Positions 1 through 12,280 of a stretch of DNA of 64,000 bases are shown in pieces. The stretch spans positions 3,410,001 through 3,474,000 of the forward strand of contig NC_043013.1 in assembly GCF_006345805.1 (NCBI RefSeq), in the 5' to 3' direction. The notes under the pieces were generated by a model. That model searched no databases, was not told where the DNA came from, and saw only the letters and a list, made by a program, of their open reading frames with translations. The position numbers and the translations under genes were made by a program. The DNA is from Octopus sinensis. Its lineage: Eukaryota. Position 1 is the first letter of the stretch. Each line of letters opens with the position of its first letter.

Positions 1-245
1 ATATATACATGTATATATATATATATACATATACATGTATATACACACACATATATATATATGTAGGTATGTGTCTGCTAATTCATGTTCCATACATACA
101 TATATGTGTGTGCTTGTGCGTGTATTTATACATATATATCTATGTATATGTATATGTAAACACATAAGTACACACATATATGTTATACTTATACATACGT
201 ACTTGAACATACTTAAACATTTTCTTTATATACATACATACATAT

Positions 246-277
<32 letters not shown>

Positions 278-361
278 CATATGTACATATATACGCCTAT
301 GTATGTATGCATTATGTACGAATGTACATATATAAATGTAATATATATGTATATATATGAT

Positions 362-405
<44 letters not shown>

Positions 406-612
406 TATATATATATATGTGTGTGTGTAGATATATGTATCTGCATATATGTGCATAAAATATAGTCATATATTTATGCGAATAAAAGGTGTTTTTGTGT
501 GTGTGTATGTATATATATATATATATATTATATATATATAATATGCTTAAATTCATTATGTATATATGTGTATGTGTGTATATATATATATGTCTCTATG
601 TATGTGTATATG

Positions 613-675
<63 letters not shown>
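1..675. repeat. Compound (TA)n/(TG)n microsatellite
   Basis: Direct reading; overlapping ORFs are YI/HT dipeptide artefacts. Confidence 0.95.
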
Positions 676-677
<2 letters not shown>

Positions 678-994
678 AACTCTCTTGGATGGCATAATAG
701 AGAACCAGGAAAGGCAGACGGGTTGAAATAACTGGAGGGAGCGAAAGGCAGAGGGTTTCTTGTGTAGCCTCCTAGAGAAAGAGGGGGGACGAGAGAGGGA
801 ATGAGAGGCTGAGGGCGGGGTGGCATCCCCATCCCCAGTCCCAAACCCCCGCACTTTACACTCCCCAACTGCGCCATCCGCCGTAATGTAAGAGGGGGGT
901 GCAGGGGAGGGAACTCGACCTCGTCATAGACAGCAGTAAGCCTAGAAAAGAGGTTGTCAGCCCCCCCCCCACCGCCAACCCACCGAGACAGCCA

Positions 995-1185
995 CTGTCA
1001 TTGGCTCAGCTCACGTCTGTTGCACAATTGATTTTGTTGGCCCATCATTCATGAACTAGCAATCAGATGCAGAGGTTGCCATGGCAATCAGCCTGTTGCA
1101 ATGGAATCTGCAGTAATACAGCTGCTTCTATTTACTGCATCAACTCCTACTGCATCTGGTTAATATGGCAATCAGTCTGCCATAT
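995..1185. promoter_or_regulatory. Candidate cis-regulatory cluster (X-box, CCAAT, TGACAG, 3x GCAATCAG)
   Basis: GTTGCCATGGCAAT at 1075-1088 (13/14 to the RFX palindrome GTTGCCATGGCAAC); CTGTCA 995-1000; ATTGG 1000-1004; GCAATCAG at 1059, 1084, 1168; lies in a unique, GC-richer island. Confidence 0.35.
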
Positions 1186-1445
1186 TTTGCAGCAGCAAAC
1201 TTACTGCCACTCTTCAGCCACTCAATCTTCTACAGCCCCTTCTTTATATGCATATCTGTGTGCATCTATGTGCGCATGTGCGTGTGTGCATCTGTGTGTG
1301 TAAGTGTGAATAATATATACTATATTATATATAATAATATATATATATATTTATGCGTGTAAATATGTGTATGTATATGTATATAACTGCTCATATGAAA
1401 GTATGAAAATACATGCGTGCACATGTATATATATTTATATATATA

Positions 1446-1496
<51 letters not shown>

Positions 1497-1551
1497 GTGT
1501 GTGTGTGTGTGTGTGTGTGTGTGGTGGTGGTGTGTGTGTGTGTGTGTGTGT

Positions 1552-1913
1552 ATTTGACTGCGGCCATGCTAGAGCACTACCTTGAAGGGTGTTACTCGAA
1601 GAAATCGACACCAGCACTTATTCTTTGTCAGCCTAGAACTTATTCTATCGGTAACATTTGCCGAACCGCTAGGTTACGGAGATATAAACACACCAACATC
1701 GGTTGTCAAGCGATGGCAGGGGACAAGCACAGACACACACAAATATATACGACCGGCTTCTTCCAGTTTCCGTCTACCAAATCTACTCACAAGGCTTTGC
1801 TAGGCCCGAGGTTAGAGTACATGACACTTTCCCAAGGTGCCATGCATTGGGACGGAACCTGAAACCATGTGGTCGGAAGCAAGCTGCTTACCACACAGCC
1901 ACGCCTGCGCCTA
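1552..1913 (-). mobile_element. tRNA-derived SINE family B (bipartite, CORE-like segment, internal microsatellite), near full length
   Basis: Minus strand reads TAGGCGCAGGCGTGGCTGTGTGGTAAG...GGTTCCGTCCC...GGCACCTTGGGAAAGTGTC; homologous to 49485-49892. Confidence 0.85.
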
Positions 1914-1944
1914 GATGCATATATATATATAGTGTGTGTTTGTG

Positions 1945-1995
<51 letters not shown>

Positions 1996-2001
1996 TATAT
2001 G

Positions 2002-2175
2002 ACAATTGCAGCGTGGCAGGTGTTTATAAGCCATTTAAGAAACACATAAAACCGTTAGATTCACTTCAACATTTAAATTTAATATGTCATTTAAATTAAA
2101 TTTAAATGTTGAAGTGAATCTAACGGTTTTGTGTGTTTCTTAAATGGCTTCCAACACCTTCCACGCTGCAATTGT
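2002..2175. repeat. 174-bp near-perfect palindrome
   Basis: Arms 2002-2083 and 2095-2175 are reverse complements with a few mismatches; 11-nt centre. Confidence 0.9.
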
Positions 2176-3131
2176 TTTCGTTCCAGCACACGATTTCAGA
2201 TCAAGTCACTTGCTATACAAGTACATCTCTATGTATATACACATATAGGAAAATATGTGTGAGTACTTATATATATGTATATACATATATTTAGAAATGG
2301 ATACATTTATACATATCCGTGTGTGTGTGTGTGTGTGTGTGCGCCGTATATATATATATACATACACACACATATATACATATTCATATTATCACTCAAA
2401 AAAATTTTTTTCTTACCAGCGATAATTAATTGTGTTGTTGACTTCGTATGAATCTAGAAACTTCAACAACGTGAAATGATTTATTTTTAGAAACGGTAAA
2501 TCTCGAAGCAAGTAATATTATAGAAAATAGAGCGTAAGCATTGGGTGAAAATTCCATTATTCATTTAAATTCTTTTCAGTTGCAACATGAGTAAATCGTG
2601 TTTTATAATTATGGAAACCGGTAGCATCTGTGATAAAAATGTAAATGTTTTCTTTGTTCTTCGCATGATGAAGTTCTCAAAGTATTTCCTCTCTTTTGTT
2701 TTCTTTAAAAAAAAACTTTTATTATATTAGTTCTGGAATCCGATATATTTTTCTTTAAATTTGTAATAAAGTCATGTTCATTTTTCTGAGTGATAATATA
2801 TATATGTATACATATGTGTATATATATATATATATACACGCGCGCACACACACACACACACGGATATGTATAAATGTATCCATTTCTAAATATATGTATA
2901 TACATATATATAAGTACTCACACATATTTTCCTATATGTGTATATATAGAGAGATGTACTTGCATAGCAAGTGACTTGATCTGAGATCGTGTGCTGGAAC
3001 GAAAACAATTGCAGCGTGGAAGGTGTTTATAAGCCATTTAAGAAACACACAAAACCGTTAGATTCACTTCAACATTTAAATTTAATTTAAATGACAAATT
3101 AAATTTAAATGTTGAAGTGAATCTAACGGTT
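2050..3131. repeat. Inverted duplication, ~355-bp arms (2050-2404 / 2780-3131), ~375-bp spacer
   Basis: Arms align by eye, including internal TA/TG tracts; outer ends include the palindrome centre. Confidence 0.88.
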
Positions 3132-3166
3132 GAGGAAAAAGAGGAAAAAAGGAAGGAAGGAAGAAA

Positions 3167-3210
<44 letters not shown>

Positions 3211-3385
3211 GAAGGAAGAAAGGAAGAAAAAAGAAACAAACAAACTAATAAACAAACAAACAGGCGTAGGGGACATTTTCCTGAGATGGTTTGTATTGTG
3301 TTTTTATAGTCAGTTGCTACACAGTTGTTTGAAGTTAATGACATTTCAAGATGTCAATCTTAGTTCAGTCATTGTTTTGAAGGCA

Positions 3386-3449
<64 letters not shown>

Positions 3450-3805
3450 ATCTTCTATCTATCTATCTATCTATCTATCTCTATCTCCCTCCCTCTCTCT
3501 CTTTCTCTCTCGCTCTCTCTCACTCTCTCTCTCGCTCTCTCTCTCTCTCTCTTTCTCTATCTCCCTTCTCTGTGCTTTGCATGTGTGTGGCGAATTTTCC
3601 TTCTTTCTATTACGTCAACAGGGTAGACACGTATGTATGTATGTATATATGTCTATGTATGTGTATGTGTTTGCGTGTGTGTTAAGTGTGTTATGTATGC
3701 GTGTGTGTGTAATGTGTGTATGTGTAGATGGATAGGTATACAAACAGGCAGGCAGTCAGACAGACAGACAGACACACAGACACACAGACAGACACACAGA
3801 CAGAC

Positions 3806-3900
<95 letters not shown>
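3132..3900. repeat. (GAAA)n, (CT)n/(CTAT)n, (GACA)n/(GATA)n microsatellites
   Basis: Direct reading. Confidence 0.9.
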
Positions 3901-4059
3901 ATATTGATATATGTTTATATATCTGTGTGTGTGTGCGTGTTTGTCACTGCTCGTCCCAAATCTAAGCATCATACATTGCTAAAAATCTATACATCATGCA
4001 TGTATATGCATATACATAGATAAAGAATACAATACATATATAGATAGACCAGCAACCTA

Positions 4060-4230
4060 GCAAATGGCTTCGTTTTAGAGCACCTGAGATTATATATCAT
4101 GAATATGGACGGTACGAAGAACCTTGACCTGGTTACGATATTTTCAAAAAAATGGGTGATGGAATTTGGCCAAGAGAAATGTTCCTGTCTAATTAAAATG
4201 AAGAACTACAAACCAATCAGGTAATATCTC
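4060..4230 (+). pseudogene. R4/Dong-like LINE RT fragment
   Basis: Frameshifted translation FVLEHLRLYI...DLVTIFSK..VMEFGQEKCSCL resembles FVDDLKLY...FS.DIGM.FG.DKC. Confidence 0.5.
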
Positions 4231-4241
4231 TATATGGCTAA

Positions 4242-4643
4242 GGCGGCGAGCTGGCAGAAGCGTTAGCAGGCCGGGCGAAATGCGTAGCCGTATTTCGTCT
4301 GCCGTTACGTTCTGGGTTCAAATTCTGCCGAGGTCGACTTTGCCTTTCATCCTTTCGGGGTCGATAAATTAAGTACCAGTTACGCACTGGAGTCGATATG
4401 ATCGACTTAATCTGTTTGTCTGTCCTTGTTTGTACTCACTGTGTTTAGCCTCTTGTGGGTAGTAAAGAAATAGGTATTTCGTCTGTCTTTACGTTCTGAG
4501 TTCAAATTCCGTCGAGGTCGACTTTGCCTTTCATCCTTTCGGAGTCGATAAATTAAATACCAGTTGCGTACTGGAGGTCGATCTAATCGACTGACACCCT
4601 CACCCAAAATTTCGGGCCTTGTGCCTAGAGTAGAAAAGAGTAT
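4242..4643 (+). mobile_element. tRNA-derived SINE family A, dimeric/chimeric copy
   Basis: A-box-like GGCGGCGAGCTGGCAG, B-box-like GGTTCAAATT; body GCCTTTCATCCTTTCGGGGTCGATAAA (resembles the Deu/Nin domain); second monomer starts at GTATTT 4474. Confidence 0.88.
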
Positions 4644-4764
4644 CTCTATATATCTATCAGTGACCAAACAATTTCTTCGATATATAAGTGCCACAGTTCT
4701 GTACATTCTATCTCTTATTTGTTTCACTGCCTCGAATAATTTTTAATCGAAAGAATCGCCCATA

Positions 4765-4880
4765 TACTTATTTTATTTAAGCCTTGAAGTTATACTATAG
4801 GTTTCTTTTGCCGAACCGCTAAGTTACGGGGACGTAATCACAACGACACCGGTCGTCAAGTGTTGGTGAGAGACACGCAC
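4765..4880 (-). mobile_element. SINE family B 3'-half fragment
   Basis: TTTTGCCGAACCGCTAAGTTACGGGGACGT matches the family B 3' domain. Confidence 0.75.
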
Positions 4881-4904
4881 ACACACACACATATATATAC
4901 ATAC

Positions 4905-4944
<40 letters not shown>

Positions 4945-5001
4945 ATATATATATATATAATATATGTATATATATATAGTATATATATATATAATATATA
5001 T

Positions 5002-5033
<32 letters not shown>

Positions 5034-5051
5034 ATATATATATAATAATTA

Positions 5052-5573
5052 ATATAGGATAAAATTTTTTCGGGAAAAAAATTTTATCAATGGCCAGCAT
5101 ATCAAAATATTAAAGGTAAAATTTATACATAATTTACAAGATAAGGGCAGAAGAAAAATTCTAATGCCAAATATGCCGAAACAAAAAATTGTCGATAACC
5201 ATTAATAATTTATGCGTCTCGAAATTAACCGATAAAAATCTCTAAAAAATTCGTTATTACCGTATTGGTCCAATTTCGGGGTTAATTCATAAGAAATTTT
5301 CCCCTCTTCAGCGGTAAATACGCGAGATATAAATGAAATACTTACTCTTACCCATGGAAAAAGCAAGCACTAAGTCCCGAGCAGACTTAAATACCCCAAA
5401 TATATCCAAAATAGAAAAATCTTCGGCGCACCTCGAGACACGTGTGATTCGAACTAGAAACTTTCACAGAGTGATAGAATCCGGAAGTGAGACGCATAAA
5501 TTGTTAATGGTTATCGACAATTTTTTGTTTCGGCCTATTTGGCATTAGAATTTTTCTTCTGCCCTTATCTTGT

Positions 5574-5580
<7 letters not shown>
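5052..5580 (-). mobile_element. PLE pseudo-LTR-like unit with 92-bp inverted repeats (5129-5220 / 5489-5580) and internal HHR
   Basis: IR arms 90/92 identical; HHR between them; flanked by (TA)n. Confidence 0.7.
5257..5317 (-). ncRNA. Type I hammerhead ribozyme, canonical core
   Basis: TTACCG-CTGAAGA-GGGG(19 nt)CCCC-GAA-ATTG GAC CAAT-A-CGGTAA: stem I 6 bp, stem II 4 bp, stem III 4 bp, AUA cleavage triplet. Confidence 0.85.
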
Positions 5581-5612
<32 letters not shown>

Positions 5613-5621
5613 GTGTGTGTG

Positions 5622-5676
<55 letters not shown>

Positions 5677-5696
5677 ATATATACGACAGGCTTCAG

Positions 5697-5827
5697 TGAT
5701 CAACTGGTTCTTATTTCTTATTGACCCCGAAAGGATAAAAGGCAAAGTTGAACTCAGAGCTTGAAGATGGACGAAATGCCGCTAAGCAGTTTACCCAGCG
5801 TACTATCGACTCTGCCAGCTCGCCACC
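5697..5827 (-). mobile_element. SINE family A, degenerate
   Basis: GACCCCGAAAGGATAAAAGGCAAAG...CTGCCAGCTCGCC. Confidence 0.75.
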
Positions 5828-6534
5828 CTGCTAAATGTGATAATACCACTAATGAGATGTAGACTCATTAGTGCTATTACTGAAGATGTGACTCACACCA
5901 TTAGCAGTTATTCAAAAAAAGCCATCACGATGCAATTTGCCTATGAGGCAGCGGCCAAAACTACATCTATACCATGCAATTCATAGAAAGGATAGTGTCG
6001 AAAATCATGATGTTGAGGGCATGAAAAAAAATTGCTGATAGAATGTTTCTAGTAAAAGCTGTCAAATGTTGTTGAGTTACAGAATAATGGTAAATTGCAG
6101 TCTATAGCTTAGTCGTAAAGATCAGTGGTCCAGCAGACGTTAACACAATATTCCAGATTAGACAGGAGAATATAGTTGTGTACACGTATAGAGATACAAA
6201 CACGCATTTCTACAGATACACAGATCAAAACACAGATTCGCTCTTGAAATGACAAGTGTGCATGTATATAAACGCCTGAGCAGATACAGATACAGGTACA
6301 TGCAAACACATCCATATACATACATATACACATATATACACCTATAGATTTTTCATTTCTCTTTTTTATCTAAATTCCAATGATGGATTTCTATTTCTTT
6401 GATAAAAACAAGTACTTTCTTCATAGCAATAATTCAAATAATAGAAAAACATAGAATACTTACATACATACATATATAATACATATATATACAAGCATGC
6501 ATGCAATATTCCATACATATATATATACATATAT

Positions 6535-6584
<50 letters not shown>

Positions 6585-6829
6585 AGAGAGAGAGAGAGAG
6601 AGAGAGAGAAATAGATAGACATAGATATATAGATATTATATATATATATATGTGTGTGTGTGTGTATACACTTAAACACGCGCGCGCGCGCGCACACATA
6701 CAAGAAATTACAACCATGAACATTCGAAGACAATATCAAAATATACAAAACAAGTCAAATTGAGAATGTAATAAGATCGATATATGCAATGACATTCATG
6801 CCATGCATATATCTATACTATACATGTGT

Positions 6830-7082
6830 ACATGCATGCATACATACATACATACATACATACATACATACATACATACATACGTACATACATACGTTGG
6901 TCCGTACATACATTCATGCATACATGCATGCATAAATACATACATTCATGCATGCATACATACATACATAAGTACGTACGTACATACATACGTCCATCCG
7001 TACATACATTCTGCATACATGCATGCATAAATACATACATACATGCATGCATGCATGCATGCATTTATACATACATGCATAC
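6830..7082. repeat. (CATA)n-based higher-order minisatellite
   Basis: Recurring GTCCATCCGTACA and GCATGCATAAATAC motifs; same unit in opposite orientation at 8897-9095. Confidence 0.8.
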
Positions 7083-7144
7083 ATAAACATGTGTAGATGC
7101 GTGCATACATATAAGACTACTCTTGTGGTGTTGTTTAAATTCTA

Positions 7145-7180
7145 ATGATGAGAGCTTTGTTCCTGGGCTCGAAACCGGTT
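7145..7180 (+). ncRNA. Degenerate minimal hammerhead-like motif
   Basis: ATGATGA-GAGC(11 nt)GCTC-GAAACCGGTT; C3 replaced by A, no stem I. Confidence 0.4.
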
Positions 7181-7249
7181 CCTTCTCTATTTGGGAGATA
7201 TTTTAAAATAAAACCGTGAACATACACATAAAATAACAGAAAGGAAAAA

Positions 7250-7410
7250 CTTTTATGCCACTGTGACAGTCAGCAACCCTGTGTGTCCGAACATTTGTTG
7301 AAAGTCTGAAAGAAAACATCTAGAAATACGACTGCTCTAAAATATATGTACCAGTAATCGCTGGTGCACTTGGTTACATTAAGAAATGTTTTGATAAGAA
7401 TCTTAATGCG
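7250..7410 (+). pseudogene. R4/Dong-like LINE RLE 3' fragment
   Basis: IYVPVIAGALGYIKKCFDKNL resembles the terminal P.I.GALG motif. Confidence 0.45.
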
Positions 7411-7959
7411 CGCGATGGCGTAATCGGGAAACGGACCATGCGAGATACGATCTGTAACTCCTATCTGCTGATGTTTTATGTGTAACTCTATACGGTTATC
7501 GATGGAACTTTTGGCTGATGGAAACCATCCCTTTCTTTTGTAAATTCAAAGTGTTAAGAGATGTGTGCAAAATTACACCCATATACGTATGTAGACGCGC
7601 GCACATACAGATATTCGCATACCCACCTGCATATAAACATAAACACACACACATAGACACATACACACACACACACATACACACAGCACATACAGGCATT
7701 GTGTTTGAGGATGTGATTGTGTGTGTTGTGTGTGCGTGTATGTGCGTTCGTGCGTGTGTGTGTGCGTGTTAATACAACAGTGTAAACATGAAAAAAGAAA
7801 ATCGAGAACTCAATACACCAAATATGACTCCATAGATTACGTGGAGAGGAAGAGGTAAACTCAGGAATCGTTGCTCTCAGTTTCACGATCTTTGATTGAT
7901 TGTAAGTAATCGAATATAAATGCGTGCGTATGTGTGAGTATGCTTCTGTGTGTATGTAT

Positions 7960-8330
<371 letters not shown>

Positions 8331-8839
8331 ACATGTGAGAGTGAGTCAATGATTAATGTAAATAAAAATTGCCTTACTTTCTGACTCATCCTCGTATATT
8401 TAAAAAGGTTTAGAGAAAATACATCACATATTTGAAAAAATATTCTTTTTTAATTAAAAATAATAAATCGCCAGCATGGCCACAGCTCGTGAGCTGAAAC
8501 CAGATGAAATGAAAGGAAAATGAAAGTCTTTAAAAAACAGAATGACACTAGTGAAGTGGAAAACATTTGTGCGTTAAGCGCTTTTCCCTGTTCTCAGCTT
8601 TACAAACGCACGTTTTATAAGGTAATACTGACAGAGATGGTTTAGTAGCGATGTTGACAATTGGTGGTTTAATTTCGGATTTAGAATCCTTATAAAATAT
8701 TCTATCTAGAAGTTCATTACATGTAACACACCTAGGAAATTAATCTTTGATTTGTTTATGAGATATTAATTTTGTTCCTGTTCGGCCGAAATCATTCTCA
8801 TTATAATGTGGGCATATGATTTAGAAAATGAGGTTTTAT

Positions 8840-9324
8840 AGCCAAAAGACAGCTATTTCTTTTCGCTACAAAATATGACTTCACAGATAACACTATACGG
8901 ATGGACGTATGTATGTACGTATGTATGTATGTATGTATGTATGCATGCATGTATGTATGTATTTATGCATGCGTATATGCATTAATGTATGTACGGATGG
9001 ACGCATGTATGTACGTACGTACGTATGTATGTATGTATGCATGTATGTATGTATTTATGCATGTATGTATGTACGGATGGACGTATGTACGGATGGCGCA
9101 TGGTCAGAAATACAAAGCGCAAGTTTTCTAGCATCTTCAAATTTATAATTCTCGAAATATTATGTCGATAAAGGAAATGAATTTTTACAATTCTAATCCA
9201 GAAAAGCGTCCGTAATTAATCTGTTTGATTTCATTATTTTCCTTCTTTTTACCTGTGTGAGTTACAGATAGTGTTATCTGTGGAGTCATATTTTGTAGCG
9301 AAAAGAAATAGCTGTCTTTTGGCT
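8840..9324. repeat. 57-bp inverted repeat (8840-8896 / 9268-9324) bracketing a (TATG)n minisatellite
   Basis: 56/57 identity by eye. Confidence 0.85.
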
Positions 9325-9429
9325 GTTATTTTTAAATTTTCAGTATGTGGTGAAGCAACTTGTTGCTAAACCCTTAATTATTGTTATAATTATATATAAA
9401 ACTTCTTGTATAAGTTTTTACCGAATATG

Positions 9430-10203
9430 GTTCTGCACATTATATGGCTAGATCTTGCCAATGCATATGGATCTGTTCCATATGCACTAATTGAAGCAGC
9501 TGTGGACTTCTTTTGGATTCCAGAAGATGTTCAACGAATGCTCATGTGTTACTACGATAAACTGAGGATGAGATTTACAGCAGGAAAGTTAACAACGGAG
9601 TGGCAACGGAGTGGCAACGGAGTGGCAACGGAGTGGCAACGGAGTGGCAACGGAGTGGCAACGGCTTGAAGTAGGTATTGCAGCTGAATGCACAATGTCA
9701 GTGATCTTATCTGTGCTAGTCATGGAGATGTTACTAAGATCAACAAACTGTGAGAAATCTGTTACAAAGACACCATTAAGGGCTTTTATGGGCGACAATA
9801 CTGTATTATCAGAAAATAGAGAGAAGCAGATGGAACGTTAGAGATATTGGATGAACTAATAGGATGGGCGAAAATGAAATTTAAAGCCAAAAAATCTCGA
9901 AACGTGGCTTTCATGAAAGGAGTCCAAAAAGAAGTGAAATTGAGGATAGGAAGTGAAGATATAGCAACGGTGAAAGAATAACCAGTAAAGTCTCTCAGTA
10001 GATGGTACAGAGATTTATTAAATGATAAGAAGCAAAGCAAAGAAACACACGATTTAGTGGAACAAGGACTAAAGGCACTTGACAGAACATTACCGGGGAA
10101 ATTCAAATGTTGGACACTGCAATTTGGACTGTACCCGAGGATAATGTGACCATTGCAAATGTTCGAAATAGCCTCGAGTAGAGTGGCAAGGATGGAACTT
10201 TCA
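9430..10203 (+). pseudogene. HERO-like (RLE-type) non-LTR retrotransposon RT fragment
   Basis: WLDLANAYGSVP, TTEWQRLEVGI, PLRAFM, KAKKSR, PVKSLSRWY, LPGKFKCW..Q.GLYPRI; stops and frameshifts. Confidence 0.78.
9593..9664 (+). repeat. 11-bp tandem (CAACGGAGTGG) x6.5 inside the RT
   Basis: Units at 9593, 9604, 9615, 9626, 9637, 9648 plus CAACGG at 9659. Confidence 0.95.
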
Positions 10204-10560
10204 AACAAATTTTACTTTGGAAGTGTATCTATGTGTATCTGTTAAATAGTTCTGTTCTTTTCTTTTCATTGTTTGGTTCATTGGTAGAATTGTTAAGGCG
10301 TCGGCGAAATTAACTTCTAATGTTCCTCCCGTCATAATATGCCGTGAGTCTAGATCAACTATACCTTTAGACTCTTCAGGATCGATAAAATGATGAACCA
10401 ATCGATTAATGGTATCGATAGTATCGACAAATCTCCTTCTGCAAATTACGTGTCTCGAGCCTAAATTAGAAAGAATTTACTATTTGAAATATCTATTTAA
10501 CCTGTATCCAGAAACCAGGTAAATCCAGAAAACCAAAAGACTCCTAGTCCCAAGTTTGTT

Positions 10561-10619
10561 GTAGGTCCCTACATGTAGGACCCTACATGTAGGTCCCTAC
10601 ATGTAGGTTACATGTAGGA
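10561..10619. repeat. 14-bp tandem containing palindrome CCTACATGTAGG
   Basis: GTAGGTCCCTACAT x3 plus partial unit. Confidence 0.85.
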
Positions 10620-12071
10620 ACCTCCCTACTTGTATGTGTGTCCGTGTAGAAAAGATGCAAAGAGGGAACAAGAACGAGTGTTACATAGGGATGAGAGAGT
10701 CTGTGGGCTGGAGGGGATTTTTTCCCTTGTTTTAAACATGTAACGTTCAAAGTGCAACTATGCTCCTATTCTGTTGGTTCACTACATTTCCAACTTCATC
10801 GATGTTTCAAGAAGACCTTATCGCTCTTATCTTCTGGAAAAAATTAATTAATCGATGTTTGTTATTATTGGTTTTTATTGAAGGAAAGAATCATGGGAAC
10901 GATGTTGCCTGCTTTTCATTAAGTATCACCGAGTTGTGAGCTTCTGTTCGTTTCAGCCACTTCTTTTAGTTATTTTCTTCTTTTTCTCTGTCTTTCAGAA
11001 ATTATGAAATAATGACATGGGAAAATTTTCCAGCAAAGCCTTCTGCTTGAAGAACATTTAATTAAACGAAGACAAATATATTGAATAGAGAGAGAGACCC
11101 CCTTCCGCCCTAACTTTTAATCAATATAATCACACCTGTAATGAAAGGGAAAATTATTTGGTATAATAACATATAGTTTTTGTGAAGAAAGTCAAAGGAG
11201 AAAACTCTGAAACCCAAACTGACTAAAAATTGAATGTGGGTATGTTGTAGGGGATGACCAGATGTATGGTAAGTACCGAGACAATTCCAGACATGCTTCG
11301 ATCTTATTAGACCTCCTTGGTAAATAGTTTGATCATGATGTCTAGTGTTCAAGTGTTGTATTAGTGATGTATCCTCTATGACTAATCTTCTCACTCTTGT
11401 GTAGATGTTTATCTCCAGAACAGCACTAGTGTAGCATAACAGTAGACTTATGGTTTAAATCGTTCCTGCGGGTCGAGCGACTGAGTAGAGGTTCTTTCAA
11501 TGAGTCGATAAATAATATTTCTCGGGCAGCTCGAGAGTTTATAAAGTTTAAGGCAATCAATAAAACAGACATTGTTGTCCGTGAAATTCGTAAACAGAAC
11601 CATACATATTACATTCAGCCATACATTATAAGTAATAATATATTGCAAGAACACCAACAAATTGCAAGCGTCAAAATAGATAGACTTCATCTGACAGTCG
11701 AGTTTACAAATTCAAGTGTTAACATTAAGTATATAATGTATGACTGTAAATATTACTCTAGATATTCAAGCACCGCCGTTTTTTGGTAACGTTTTTGGCA
11801 TCTATAGCGAAAATTCTACAGCAACAGATTATATCCTACAGAAGAAAACTGGAAAAAAATTCATTGGTTGATAAGTAAGCAGTTTCTTTTTTTCTTTTTT
11901 TTTGGGGGGGGGTGTTTTTTTGTCTTGATTTTTTTTATTTTTGTTGTTTGTTTTTTGTCGGGTTTTCTGTGGAGGTTGTAGAATTCAATTGTTTGAATTT
12001 CCTTTTAGGTGAATCAACTAAATTTCAAGGATCAATATGCTTTCCATTCCGAAAGAATGTTTTGTATATTC

Positions 12072-12280
12072 TTTTATTCTTTTACACGGTTTCAGTCATT
12101 TAACTGCGGCAATACCGCAGCACCGTCATTATTCAAACAAATCGACTCTAGGACTTATTCTTTGTAAGCCTAGCACTTATTCCATCGGTCTCTTTTGCCG
12201 AATCGCTAAGTTACGGGGACGTAAACACAACAACATCGGCTGTCAAGCGACGGTGGGAAGACAAACACGGACATACAAAT
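12072..12280 (-). mobile_element. SINE family B 3' half
   Basis: TTTCAGTCATTTAACTGCGGC...TTTTGCCGAATCGCTAAGTTACGGGGACGT. Confidence 0.8.

Noticed and set aside
1180-1220. CUGAAGA on the minus strand as a hammerhead
   Set aside because: No GAAA after the hairpin and no NUH site
5880-5905. CTGAAGA-TGTG-ACT-CACA as a hammerhead
   Set aside because: Followed by CC rather than GAAA
9593-9664. CRISPR-like arrays (also 23677-23925, 32580-33060)
   Set aside because: No unique spacers or cas genes; eukaryotic tandem repeats
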